Below are positions 34,998-46,580 of a stretch of DNA of 64,000 nt, piece by piece. The stretch covers positions 21,872 through 85,871 of the forward strand of contig JAFSMU010000030.1 of the NCBI GenBank assembly GCA_017447775.1. The letters run 5' to 3'. Within the stretch, counting starts at the first letter, position 1. Each line of letters begins with the position of its first letter. Origin of the DNA: Clostridia bacterium (lineage in GTDB: Bacteria; Bacillota; Clostridia; Oscillospirales; CAG-272). Position numbers and translations under genes: made by a program. Under the pieces are notes generated by a model. That model ran no database searches. It was not told where the DNA came from and was given only the letters and a program-made list of their open reading frames with translations.

Positions 34998-36539
34998 TTA
35001 CATGAAGCTGATTATCTGTTCGTCGTCAGCATTGAGGATGCGGCGCAGCGCCGCCTTTTCGCTGACCTTCTTTTTCATTATAGCGCGGAATCCGAGGAGC
35101 TGGATCGTTATAAGCGGCGTCATCGCTACCATTGCGACAATACCGAATGCGTCCGTCATTATGCTGTCGACATTCCCGTTCATTGCAAAGCATACGCCGA
35201 TCGTCATCGGCAAAATAAAGCTTGACGTAAGCGGGCCGCTCGCAACGCCGCCCGAGTCAAACGCGATCGCCGTATAAAGTCCCGGCACAAAGAACGAAAG
35301 CGCCAACGATATGAAATACCCGGGTATAAGGTAGTAAAGAATATTGAACCCGAGCGCAATTCTCAGCATCGAAAGCCCGATAGAAAGCCCTACGCCGACG
35401 GAAAGCGCTATCATCATTGAGCGCTTGCTCACCATGCCGTCGGTAATTTGCTCTACCTGACGGTTCAATACGTGGACGGCAGGCTCTGCAAGCACAACAA
35501 CGGCGCCGATGGCAAAGCCGAACAATACGACAAGCCACTCGTGCCCGCTTGACGCAAGATCGCCGCCGAGCTTGTATCCTATCGGCATAAAACCGATTTC
35601 GACAGCCGTCAAAAATATAACAAGTCCCAAAACGGTGTAGATTATTCCGACGCCTATTTGCAAAAGCTTCTTTTTCGGAAGTTTAAGGCAAGTAAACTGC
35701 AAAATTATAAAGAAAACCGACACAAGTCCGATAGCGATCAAAACTTCCTTCGTTTTGTGAAGAAGAATATTGAATATGCCGAGCGAAAGAGTGCTTTCCA
35801 TCGAATAATCGGGCAGTTCGTATGAAATTTCGCCTTTTGCAAATATGCCCATCGCCATAACCGCGATTATCGGGCCAACCGAGCAAAGAGCAATCAGACC
35901 AAAGCTGTTTTCGCGCGCGTTTTTGCCGCCGAGCGTCATCGCTATACCGACGCCAAACGCCATAATAAAAGGTACTGTTATCGGCCCCGTCGTTACGCCG
36001 CCCGAGTCAAACGCAAGCGCGAGGAAGTTGCCGTGTCCGCCGACGGCGACAAGCGACGTCAGCATAAACAAAAGCATATAGAACAAAAGCAGCATCATCG
36101 AAAGCGGGCGCTTTGTAACGATCCTTACAACCGCCAACACCAAAAACAGCCCGACTCCGACGCCGACGAAAACGATCAGCGCCGTGCCGTTCAGTATGCT
36201 TGAAACCTGCCCCGAAAGCACTGAAAGATCAGGCTCGGCGACCGTGATAAGCATTCCCATAAGGAAGCATACGGCAAGTATCACGGGCAGTTTTGCCGTT
36301 TTTGAAAGCCCGGCGCCGATGTGATCGCCCATCGGAGTCATCGCAAGGTCAGCGCCGAGATTAAACAAACTGATGCCGAGAACGAGAAAAAGCGCGGATA
36401 CGATAAACACCGTTATCTCATTCGCGCTAAAATCGACGAGCGGAGTAAAATTAAGCAAAATGACAATCGCAACAACGGGGGCGACGGAAACCGTCGCCTC
36501 CATAAGCTTTTTACCGAGCGTTGTCATAAGCTTATTCAA
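34998..36539 (-). CDS. DUF1538-like polytopic membrane protein (putative transporter)
   Basis: 513 aa with about 12 TM segments. It shows an internal two-fold repeat, each half carrying the motif AFDSGGVTTGP or AFDSGGVASGP (FDSGGV...GP occurs twice). It is the first gene of a three-gene string with the two P-II-like genes. Confidence 0.7.
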   Translation of the reverse strand: MNKLMTTLGKKLMEATVSVAPVVAIVILLNFTPLVDFSANEITVFIVSALFLVLGISLFNLGADLAMTPMGDHIGAGLSKTAKLPVILAVCFLMGMLITVAEPDLSVLSGQVSSILNGTALIVFVGVGVGLFLVLAVVRIVTKRPLSMMLLLFYMLLFMLTSLVAVGGHGNFLALAFDSGGVTTGPITVPFIMAFGVGIAMTLGGKNARENSFGLIALCSVGPIIAVMAMGIFAKGEISYELPDYSMESTLSLGIFNILLHKTKEVLIAIGLVSVFFIILQFTCLKLPKKKLLQIGVGIIYTVLGLVIFLTAVEIGFMPIGYKLGGDLASSGHEWLVVLFGFAIGAVVVLAEPAVHVLNRQVEQITDGMVSKRSMMIALSVGVGLSIGLSMLRIALGFNILYYLIPGYFISLALSFFVPGLYTAIAFDSGGVASGPLTSSFILPMTIGVCFAMNGNVDSIMTDAFGIVAMVAMTPLITIQLLGFRAIMKKKVSEKAALRRILNADDEQIISFM

Positions 36540-36579
36540 CTCCGCACCCCTTTTCGTATTTTAGTTATTGATTTTCCGT

Positions 36580-38632
<2,053 letters not shown>

Positions 38633-38646
<14 letters not shown>

Positions 38647-38661
38647 AAAGTCCGTTTTTTA
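38633..38661. terminator. Bidirectional terminator
   Basis: aaaaaacggactaaaaagtccgtttttt. Confidence 0.75.
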
Positions 38662-39870
38662 TATTACCTGAAAAATATAGAATTTAAGATACCCCGTTTC
38701 GGGAACGTTCCAAAGCATCGGGTGGTCGGGCGACTGAGCGCGCGCCTCGATCTGTTTCAGCTCAACTCCCGCGTCGCGCGACGCGTTGTAAAGCATCTGA
38801 CAAAACAGGTCGTCCCTCATAAAATGCGAGCATGAGCAAGTTGCGAAAAGCCCGCCCCGGCTGAGCAATTTCATCGCGCGGTAATTTATTTCGTGATAAC
38901 CTCGCTCGGCGTTTTGCACTGTTTTGCGGCTTTTTGTAAACGCCGGCGGGTCAAGGATGATAAAATCGTACTCTCCCCTGTTTGTCGACGAAAGAAGATC
39001 GAACACGTCGGCACAGACAAATTCCATTTTGTCTGAAAGACCGTTAAGTTCGGCATTTTTTCTCGCCTGTGCAAGCGCCGTTTCGGAAATGTCGACGGCC
39101 GTAACGTGCTCAGCTCCTCCGCGCGCGGCATTCAGCGCAAACGAGCCTGTGTGAGTAAAGCAGTCAAGCACGCGCTTTCCCTCTGCCAAGCGCGCAACGG
39201 CGGCACGGTTGTATTTCTGATCGAGAAAAAATCCCGTTTTCTGCCCGTTTTCAAAATCAACGTTATACTTAATGCCGTTTTCAACGATAGTCGTTTCAGT
39301 TGCGCTTGGGTGTGAGTCGCCGTACCAGCCTTTATATTCTTCAAGTCCCTCAAGCTTTCTGATATTTACGTCGTTGCGCTCGTATATGCCGTTAATTTTC
39401 TCCCCCATTTCGGAAAGAACGTCGATAAGCGCGGAAAAGATAACGCCTTTTCGCATCTCGGTGCCGTATGAAAGAATTTGCGCCACAAGGATATCGCCGT
39501 ATCTGTCAACAGTAAGTCCGGGCAGCCCGTCAGCCTCGCCGAAAATAAGGCGACAGCACGAAAAATCGCCCTTCATTACGGTTTTTCTGTATTCAACCGC
39601 GTATCTTACACGGCGGTAAAAAAACGCGTCGGTGAACGTTTCGTTTGCGTTTGCTGTCAGCACACGCACGCGGATTTTGCTGTTTTCGCTGTAAAATCCC
39701 GTGCCGAGATATGCGCCTGAAAGCGATATGACGTCGGTCATCGCGCCGTTTTCGATTTTTTCCGATGACGACACAATTTCCGCGTCATACACCCAAACGT
39801 GACCGCCGCGCAGTGATCGCTCGGCTTTTTTTGATACCGTTACAAACGGAAAATTTCTTGAACTTTTCAT
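38659..39870 (-). CDS. Class I SAM-dependent rRNA methyltransferase, RlmI-like (PUA + MTase)
   Basis: The N-terminus is RGGHVWVYDAEI (PUA-like). The SAM site is VLDCFTHTGSFALNAA, followed by ILDPPAFTKS. 403 aa. Confidence 0.8.
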   Translation of the reverse strand: MKSSRNFPFVTVSKKAERSLRGGHVWVYDAEIVSSSEKIENGAMTDVISLSGAYLGTGFYSENSKIRVRVLTANANETFTDAFFYRRVRYAVEYRKTVMKGDFSCCRLIFGEADGLPGLTVDRYGDILVAQILSYGTEMRKGVIFSALIDVLSEMGEKINGIYERNDVNIRKLEGLEEYKGWYGDSHPSATETTIVENGIKYNVDFENGQKTGFFLDQKYNRAAVARLAEGKRVLDCFTHTGSFALNAARGGAEHVTAVDISETALAQARKNAELNGLSDKMEFVCADVFDLLSSTNRGEYDFIILDPPAFTKSRKTVQNAERGYHEINYRAMKLLSRGGLFATCSCSHFMRDDLFCQMLYNASRDAGVELKQIEARAQSPDHPMLWNVPETGYLKFYIFQVI

Positions 39871-41357
39871 CTTCCGCCCGCAAATTCAACATATCTGTCA
39901 AACGCCGCGCGTCCCTTTTCCGTATCTTTGAACACGCCGGCGTCCGAGAGAACGGCGACAAACGTTTTTCCGATCTCTTTTTTTAGTATATCGTCGATGT
40001 TATCCTTGTTTACGGTGTAATTTCCGATAAATTCAGATACCCATGACGCGTGCTTTGCTGTAAGCTCGTCGGATAAAAGATCGCGCCCGTTTATTATCGC
40101 GTCAGCAACGGCAGCCATTTCTTTTTTCAGTCTTGACGGAAGAACCGCAAGCCCCATAACTTCGATAAGACCGATGTTTTCCTTCTTGATGTTGTGCTTA
40201 TCGGGGTGCGGATGGAAATATCCGAGCGGATATTCCTCGGTCGTTATATTGTTGCGAAGCACAAGATCGACCTCGTATGCGTCGCCGCGGCGGCGGACTA
40301 TCGGGGTAATTGCGTTGTGATCGGCACCGTTCGTATTTGCAAATACAAAAGCAGACTCGTCGGAATATACGTTCCACGTATCGAATATATGCGACGCAAG
40401 CGCCACAAGCTCGTTCTTATCGGTCGAGCGCAGGCGAACAACCGGCATCGGCCATTTTACAAGTTCGGCGCAAACGCCGTCGTATCCGTCAAATTTCACG
40501 GTGCGGCGCGCCGGAGCCTTTGCCATCGCAAATTCATATCTGCCGCCCTGCATATGTTCGTGCGCGAGTATGGAGCCGCCGACGATCGGAAGTCCCGCAT
40601 TTGAACCGATAAAATAATGCGGGAACTGCGAGACGAAATCGAGCGCGCGGCGCACGGTGTTGATATCGACGTTCATCGGTCTGTGATCAGCCGTCAGCGC
40701 GATGCAATGCTCGTTATAGTAAACGTACGGCGAATACTGCAAAAACCAATCCTCGCCGTTGAGCTTTATCGGAATTATGCGGTGATTTGAACGCGCGGGA
40801 TAGGAAAGCGTTCCGGCATATCCCTCCGCCTCGCGGCAGAGCTGGCACTTCGGATATCCCGACTGCGGCATACTCTTTTGCAAAGCTATCGTTTTGGGGT
40901 CTTTTTCCGGCTTTGAAAGGTTGATCGTTATGTCAACGTCGCCGTATTCGCACGGATAAACCCATTTAACGTCCTTTTTCACGCGGTACGTGCGAATGTA
41001 GTCGCTCGCACGGGAAAAATCATAATACCAGTTTGTCGCGCTTTCAGGCGATTCCTTATAAAGCGACGAAAACTTCGATATAACGTCGCTCGGGCGCGGA
41101 GTAAGCGCACCCATGAGCTTTGCGTCAAAAACGTCGCGCTCGGCTGTCGTTTCCCCGATAATTCCCTTTTTGTATGCCTCGTCGCACAGCGCGCCGAGTA
41201 TTTCTTCAAGAGGAGCGCCCTCCGCCTCTTTATCCGCGTATTCATTTTCGCCGAGGAGCGAAAGAAGCGAGTTTATCGCCCATACCTCGTCGGCTTTTTC
41301 AATAAGCCCATGCGAGAGCGCGTAGTTTACCAGTTGACGTATCCTTGTTGAAATCAT
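39867..41357 (-). CDS. galT: UDP-glucose--hexose-1-phosphate uridylyltransferase (GalT, Firmicutes type 2)
   Basis: 496 aa. The N-terminus IRQLVNYALSHGLIEKADEVWAINSLLSLLG is typical of type-2 GalT, and GGSILAHEHMQGG is the active-site region. Confidence 0.85.
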   Translation of the reverse strand: MISTRIRQLVNYALSHGLIEKADEVWAINSLLSLLGENEYADKEAEGAPLEEILGALCDEAYKKGIIGETTAERDVFDAKLMGALTPRPSDVISKFSSLYKESPESATNWYYDFSRASDYIRTYRVKKDVKWVYPCEYGDVDITINLSKPEKDPKTIALQKSMPQSGYPKCQLCREAEGYAGTLSYPARSNHRIIPIKLNGEDWFLQYSPYVYYNEHCIALTADHRPMNVDINTVRRALDFVSQFPHYFIGSNAGLPIVGGSILAHEHMQGGRYEFAMAKAPARRTVKFDGYDGVCAELVKWPMPVVRLRSTDKNELVALASHIFDTWNVYSDESAFVFANTNGADHNAITPIVRRRGDAYEVDLVLRNNITTEEYPLGYFHPHPDKHNIKKENIGLIEVMGLAVLPSRLKKEMAAVADAIINGRDLLSDELTAKHASWVSEFIGNYTVNKDNIDDILKKEIGKTFVAVLSDAGVFKDTEKGRAAFDRYVEFAGGR

Positions 41358-42481
41358 TTTTTATCTCTCCTTTTGAAGAATTGGTAAAAGTAACACGGTA
41401 TCATTCCGTTATAAAGTTTTCTGACTTTGTCGGCGCGGCGGCCATACAGCCGTTCAAAACCCTCGTGCGACGTTATGACGTACACCTGCCACGGTTCAAG
41501 CGTTTTGAAGTGCGCGCCCATTTTTTTGTATAGTTCTTCCGTCTGCGCCATTGTAAACATACGCTCGCCGTACGGAGGATTGCATACTATAGTGCCTCGC
41601 CTGCCGCCCGTCGTGATTTCAAGCGCGTTGCGCTCAAAAGCCTTTACCGTGCCGAGCACTCCGGCGCGCTTGACGCATTCCTTAGCAAATGCGACGCTCT
41701 CGGGGTTGATATCGGAAGCGTATGCCTCAAATTCCGTCTTTTTCACCGCCGATCTTGCTTCGTCTTTGGCGTCTTTCCATATCTTTTTATCGAAAAAAGC
41801 AAACTGTTCGCCGGCAAAATTGCGGTTTGCGCCGGGGGCTATGTTGTTCATTATCATCGCCGCTTCGATAGCTATTGTACCCGAGCCGCAGAACGGATCC
41901 CAGAACAACACGTCCTCGCGCGGACGGGCGATAGACGCAAGCGCCGCCGCAAGCGTTTCGCGCAGCGGAGCGTCAAGCGTACCCGGTCTGTATCCGCGCT
42001 TATGTAGCGCCGTGCCCGACGTGTCTATCATCAGCATCGCTTCGTCTTTGAGGATGAAGAACTCTATCTGGTATTTTATGCCGTCCTCCGCAAACCACGA
42101 CGTTCCAAATTTCGATTTCAGCCGCTCGACGACGGCTTTTTTAACTATTTTCTGGCAGTCCGGGATCGAGAACAACGCGCTTTTTATCGAATGTCCCTTG
42201 ACGGGAAATTCATCGCGCTCACCGATGTAGTTTTCCCACGGTATGCTGCGGACGCCTTCAAAAAGCTGCTCAAACGTCGCAGCGCGGCATTCCCCCGCCA
42301 AAATGAACACGCGCTCCGCAAACCGAAGCCATGTATTGCACCTTGCGGCAGCGCCCTCGTCGCCTTCAAAAACGACTCTTCCGTCAATTGTATTTATTCT
42401 CTTGTAACCGAGCGCGTCTATCTCCTCGCCGAGCAGATGCTCAAGCCCGAACAGACACGTTGCAACGTATTTGTATGTCAT
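41354..42481 (-). CDS. THUMP-domain class I SAM-dependent RNA methyltransferase (RlmL/YpsC-like)
   Basis: DPFCGSGTIAIEAA (SAM) and CNPPYGERM (NPPY). A THUMP-like N-terminal half is present. Confidence 0.85.
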   Translation of the reverse strand: MTYKYVATCLFGLEHLLGEEIDALGYKRINTIDGRVVFEGDEGAAARCNTWLRFAERVFILAGECRAATFEQLFEGVRSIPWENYIGERDEFPVKGHSIKSALFSIPDCQKIVKKAVVERLKSKFGTSWFAEDGIKYQIEFFILKDEAMLMIDTSGTALHKRGYRPGTLDAPLRETLAAALASIARPREDVLFWDPFCGSGTIAIEAAMIMNNIAPGANRNFAGEQFAFFDKKIWKDAKDEARSAVKKTEFEAYASDINPESVAFAKECVKRAGVLGTVKAFERNALEITTGGRRGTIVCNPPYGERMFTMAQTEELYKKMGAHFKTLEPWQVYVITSHEGFERLYGRRADKVRKLYNGMIPCYFYQFFKRRDKK

Positions 42482-42558
42482 ATTTTGCCTTTCAAGCGTT
42501 TTACTTACATCAGTATACCATAAAATACGGCAAATTTCAATAAATTTTCCGTTTTATA

Positions 42559-42587
42559 TTGACAAAATATACGCATCGTTATATAAT
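42559..42587 (+). promoter_or_regulatory. Consensus sigma-A promoter for the citrate synthase-aconitase-IDH operon
   Basis: TTGACA (42559-42564), a 17-nt spacer and TATAAT (42582-42587). Confidence 0.6.
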
Positions 42588-42632
42588 CATTGTATGATTG
42601 TATACAATAATACAAAATTCAAGGAGATCGAT

Positions 42633-44012
42633 ATGTTATCACTCAGCAATCAGTCAAACCTGCTTGAACTTTCTCAGTACAAGTATTCCCTTCAGGATGT
42701 CGAGGAGCCTAATCTCTACCGCGAGATTTACCCTTATTCCGAGGTACCGAAAATTCCCTTCAACCACCGCCGTGTGCCGATAAGCATGCCTGAAAAAATA
42801 TGGATAACCGACACCACCTTCCGCGACGGGCAGCAGTCGCGCGCGCCGTACACGCCCGAGCAGATCGTCCATTTGTATAAACTTCTTTCAAAGCTCGGCG
42901 GCGAAAACGGGATAATCCGCCAAAGCGAGTTTTTTGTTTACAGCAAAAAAGACCGCGACGCGCTTTATAAATGCATGGAGCTTGGGCTGAAATTCCCCGA
43001 AATAACGACGTGGATACGTTCAAGCAAGCAGGATTTTGCGCTTGTTAAAGATATCGGCATAAAGGAAACGGGTATTCTCGCTTCATGCTCCGACTACCAT
43101 ATATTCAAAAAGCTCGGTATGACGCGCCGTCAGGCGCTGGACCATTATCTCGGCGTTGTAAAAGACGCGCTTGAAGCCGGGCTTCATCCGCGCCTTCACC
43201 TTGAAGACCTGACAAGAGCCGATTTTTACGGCTTTGTCGTTCCGTTTGTCAACGAGCTTTCTGAGCTTTCGGAAGCGTCCGGCGTGCCGATAAAGATAAG
43301 AATGTGCGACACTATGGGTTACGGTGTGCCATATCCCGGCGTTGCGCTTCCTCGAAGCGTGCCCGGCATTGTTTACGGTCTGCGTCACTATGCGGAGGTG
43401 CCGTCCGATATGCTTGAATGGCACGGACACAACGATTTTTATATGGCTGTCGTCAACGCAAGCACCGCTTGGCTTTACGGCGCTTCTGCTGTCAACTGTT
43501 CTCTGCTTGGAATCGGCGAGCGCACGGGAAATATACCGCTTGAAGCGATGGTTATGCAGTACGCGTCGTTCAGAGGAACGTTTGACGGAATGAACCCCGA
43601 GGTCATCACAGAGATCGCCGATTATTTCCGCCGCGATATAGGATATAAAATTCCCGAAATGACGCCGTTTGTGGGCGATAACTTCAACGTTACCCGTGCG
43701 GGGATCCACGCAGACGGAATGATGAAAGACGCGGAAATTTACAACATTTTCGATACGGAAGCAATCCTTGATCGCCCCGCGTCGGTGAGCATATCGAACA
43801 CGTCGGGACTTGCGGGCATTGCCTTTTGGATAAACGCGCACTACTCGCTTGTCGGGGATGATATCGTATCGAAAAAAGACGACGTTTGCACGGCTGTCAA
43901 AAATGCGGTTGACGCTCTGTACGCCGACGGCAGAACGACCGTTATGAGCGACGGCGAGCTTGAAGACATTATAAATTCCGTCGCGCCGGGCAGATTTTCA
44001 AAAAGAGGTTAA
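42633..44012 (+). CDS. Homocitrate/isopropylmalate-synthase-family enzyme, predicted Re-face citrate synthase
   Basis: Trimmed to the ATG at 42633, with AAGGAG at 42621-42626. The DRE-TIM metallolyase motifs are ITDTTFRDGQQS and WHGHNDFYMAVVNA, followed by GIGERTGN. Its position directly upstream of aconitase and IDH suggests citrate synthase. Confidence 0.7.
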   Translation: MLSLSNQSNLLELSQYKYSLQDVEEPNLYREIYPYSEVPKIPFNHRRVPISMPEKIWITDTTFRDGQQSRAPYTPEQIVHLYKLLSKLGGENGIIRQSEFFVYSKKDRDALYKCMELGLKFPEITTWIRSSKQDFALVKDIGIKETGILASCSDYHIFKKLGMTRRQALDHYLGVVKDALEAGLHPRLHLEDLTRADFYGFVVPFVNELSELSEASGVPIKIRMCDTMGYGVPYPGVALPRSVPGIVYGLRHYAEVPSDMLEWHGHNDFYMAVVNASTAWLYGASAVNCSLLGIGERTGNIPLEAMVMQYASFRGTFDGMNPEVITEIADYFRRDIGYKIPEMTPFVGDNFNVTRAGIHADGMMKDAEIYNIFDTEAILDRPASVSISNTSGLAGIAFWINAHYSLVGDDIVSKKDDVCTAVKNAVDALYADGRTTVMSDGELEDIINSVAPGRFSKRG

Positions 44013-44013
44013 A

Positions 44014-44634
44014 ATGAGCAACGTATACAATGCAATTGAGGAAAAAATCATTTCCGGTGAATACAAATCGGGCGAGCAGATAACGGAAATGCGTCTGTCA
44101 AGTGAGCTTGGAGTGAGCCGCACGCCCGTGCGCGAGGCGCTTGCGATGCTCGAGAAGGACGGACTTATCGAGCTTATTCCGAACAAGGGCGCTATCGTGC
44201 GCGGAATATCGGAAAGCGATCTTGTCGATATTTACGCGATACGCGAAAGACTTGAAGGGCTTTGCGCCCTGCTTTGCGCCGAAAGAATAGACGATAGGGG
44301 GCAACGGGAGCTTTCGGATATAGCTGAGCTTTCCGAATTTTACCTTTCAAAAGGCGACGCCGAAAAGCTCTCCGAGCTTGACTCGCGCTTTCACGCCTGC
44401 ATTTACGCACACTGCGGCTCGCGGATGCTGCAAAAGATACTTTCCGATCTTCACAGAGCCATCGGCGCTTATCGCCGCCGCTCGATAGAAAACCCAGAGC
44501 GCACGTCAAAGTCCGTAGCTGAGCATCGGAGAATATACGAGGCGATAAAAGACAAGGACTCCGCTCTGTCGGAGGAGCTGATGTCACAGCACATAAACGC
44601 GGCTTTGAAAAATCTTTTGAGCCTTGGAAAATGA
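44014..44634 (+). CDS. GntR-family transcriptional regulator (FadR/FCD subfamily)
   Basis: LSSELGVSRTPVREALAMLEKDGLIELIPNKGAIV (wHTH). A helical FCD-like C-terminal domain is present. Confidence 0.88.
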   Translation: MSNVYNAIEEKIISGEYKSGEQITEMRLSSELGVSRTPVREALAMLEKDGLIELIPNKGAIVRGISESDLVDIYAIRERLEGLCALLCAERIDDRGQRELSDIAELSEFYLSKGDAEKLSELDSRFHACIYAHCGSRMLQKILSDLHRAIGAYRRRSIENPERTSKSVAEHRRIYEAIKDKDSALSEELMSQHINAALKNLLSLGK

Positions 44635-44647
44635 CGGGAGAAAGAAA

Positions 44648-46579
44648 ATGGGATATACGATTTCACAAAAAATAATCAAAAGCCATCTTATCACGGGCGA
44701 TATGACGCCCGGATGTGAGATAGGTCTTAAAATTGACCGCACTCTCACACAAGACGCGACGGGGACGATGGCTTATCTTCAATTTGAGGCAATGGGGATA
44801 GATCGCGTAAAGACCGAGCTTTCCGTTGCGTACATAGATCACAACACGCTGCAATCCGGGTTTGAAAACGCTGATGATCACCGTTATATTCAGACGGTCG
44901 CCAAAAAGCACGGCATCTTCTTTTCCCGTCCCGGAAACGGGATCTGCCATCAGGTGAATCTTGAAAGATTCGACGTGCCGGGAAAAACGCTCATCGGCTC
45001 TGACAGCCATACGCCGACGGCGGGCGGACTCGGAATGCTTGCTTTCGGCGCTGGCGGGCTTGACGTCGCCGTTGCGATGGGCGGCGGCGCGTATTACATA
45101 ACGATGCCGAAAATGCTCGGCGTCAAGCTTGTAGGAAGTCTTGCGCCAAACGTCAGCGCAAAGGACGTTATTCTTGAAGTGTTGCGAAAACTTACCGTCA
45201 AGGGCGGCGTCGGGTATATCGTCGAGTATTTCGGCGACGGTGTAAAAAGCCTTTCGGTGCCTCAGCGGGCAACGATAACGAATATGGGCGCGGAGCTTGG
45301 CGCAACGACGTCAATTTTCCCCGCCGACGACGTAACGCGCGCTTTTTTGGCGGCACAAGGCAGAGAGAATGATTTTTCGCCCGTTTTCCCCGACAGTGAC
45401 GCAGTTTACGATAAGACGATACAAATTGATCTTTCATCCCTGCAACCTTTGGCGGCGTGTCCGCACTCGCCCGACAACGTAAAATCGATATCCGAGCTTG
45501 CGGGAATGAAAATAAGTCAGGTATGCGTCGGTTCGTGCACGAATTCTTCCCTTTCGGATATGCTGACCGTCGCCGCTATGCTAAAAGGCAAAACGGTTCA
45601 CCCCGACGTTTCGCTTTCGATCTCTCCGGGGTCAAAGCAGGTATATGAAATGATGGCACGGTGCGGTGCGCTCGCCGATATAATTGCCGCAGGCGCACGC
45701 GTGCTCGAATGTGCGTGCGGCCCATGCATTGGAATGGGATTTTCGCCGAAATCGGCGGGCATTTCACTGCGGACGTTCAACCGCAACTTTGAGGGGCGAT
45801 CAGGCACAAAGGATGCAAACGTCTACCTCGTTTCGCCCGAAACCGCGATAGCGTCGGCGCTCGCCGGAGTCATTACGGACCCGACGACGCTTGAAGCCCC
45901 GACGATAAATCTTCCCGAAAAATTCATTATAAACGACAACCTTATCGACGCGCCGGCAACCGAGAAAGACGCGGACGGCGTTACCGTTGAGCGCGGCCCT
46001 AACATCAAGCCGATACCGAGCGGGAGCGTTCCGGCGAAGGATTTAAGCTGCAAGCTCGTTCTTAAAGTCGGCGACAACATAACGACCGACCACATAATGC
46101 CCGCGGGCGCAAAGATTCTTCCGTATCGCTCAAACGTTCCGAAGCTCTCCGAATTCTGCTTCACCGTATGCGATCCGGGTTTTCCCGAAAGAGCAAAAGC
46201 GACGGGAGGCGGCATTATCATAGGCGGACAGAACTACGGGCAAGGCTCGTCGCGCGAGCACGCGGCGCTTGTGCCGCTTTACCTCGGGATAAAGTGCGTC
46301 GTTGCAAAGAGCTTTGCTCGCATACACGCGGCAAACCTGATAAATTTCGGAATACTGCCGCTCACTTTTGAAAACGAGAGCGACTATGATAAATTCACCG
46401 AGGGCGACGACATTATGATCGACGGTCTTTATGACGCCGTAAAATCCGCCGACAAGCTGACGCTTACGGACAAAACAAACGGCGCCGTCGCTACGCTGAA
46501 TATCACGCTTACAGAGCGCCAGCGCAATATTATTCTTGCGGGGGGACTTCTCGCGTACACAAAAAACGGAGGAAAATAA
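44648..46579 (+). CDS. Aconitate hydratase (about 640-aa clostridial type)
   Basis: Trimmed to the ATG at 44648. The sequence is IDRTLTQDATGTMAYLQFE and IGSDSHTPTAGGLG, with the Fe-S cysteines in VGSCTNSS and ECACGPCIGMG. The swivel domain carries GQNYGQGSSREHAA. Confidence 0.9.
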   Translation: MGYTISQKIIKSHLITGDMTPGCEIGLKIDRTLTQDATGTMAYLQFEAMGIDRVKTELSVAYIDHNTLQSGFENADDHRYIQTVAKKHGIFFSRPGNGICHQVNLERFDVPGKTLIGSDSHTPTAGGLGMLAFGAGGLDVAVAMGGGAYYITMPKMLGVKLVGSLAPNVSAKDVILEVLRKLTVKGGVGYIVEYFGDGVKSLSVPQRATITNMGAELGATTSIFPADDVTRAFLAAQGRENDFSPVFPDSDAVYDKTIQIDLSSLQPLAACPHSPDNVKSISELAGMKISQVCVGSCTNSSLSDMLTVAAMLKGKTVHPDVSLSISPGSKQVYEMMARCGALADIIAAGARVLECACGPCIGMGFSPKSAGISLRTFNRNFEGRSGTKDANVYLVSPETAIASALAGVITDPTTLEAPTINLPEKFIINDNLIDAPATEKDADGVTVERGPNIKPIPSGSVPAKDLSCKLVLKVGDNITTDHIMPAGAKILPYRSNVPKLSEFCFTVCDPGFPERAKATGGGIIIGGQNYGQGSSREHAALVPLYLGIKCVVAKSFARIHAANLINFGILPLTFENESDYDKFTEGDDIMIDGLYDAVKSADKLTLTDKTNGAVATLNITLTERQRNIILAGGLLAYTKNGGK

Positions 46580-46580
46580 A

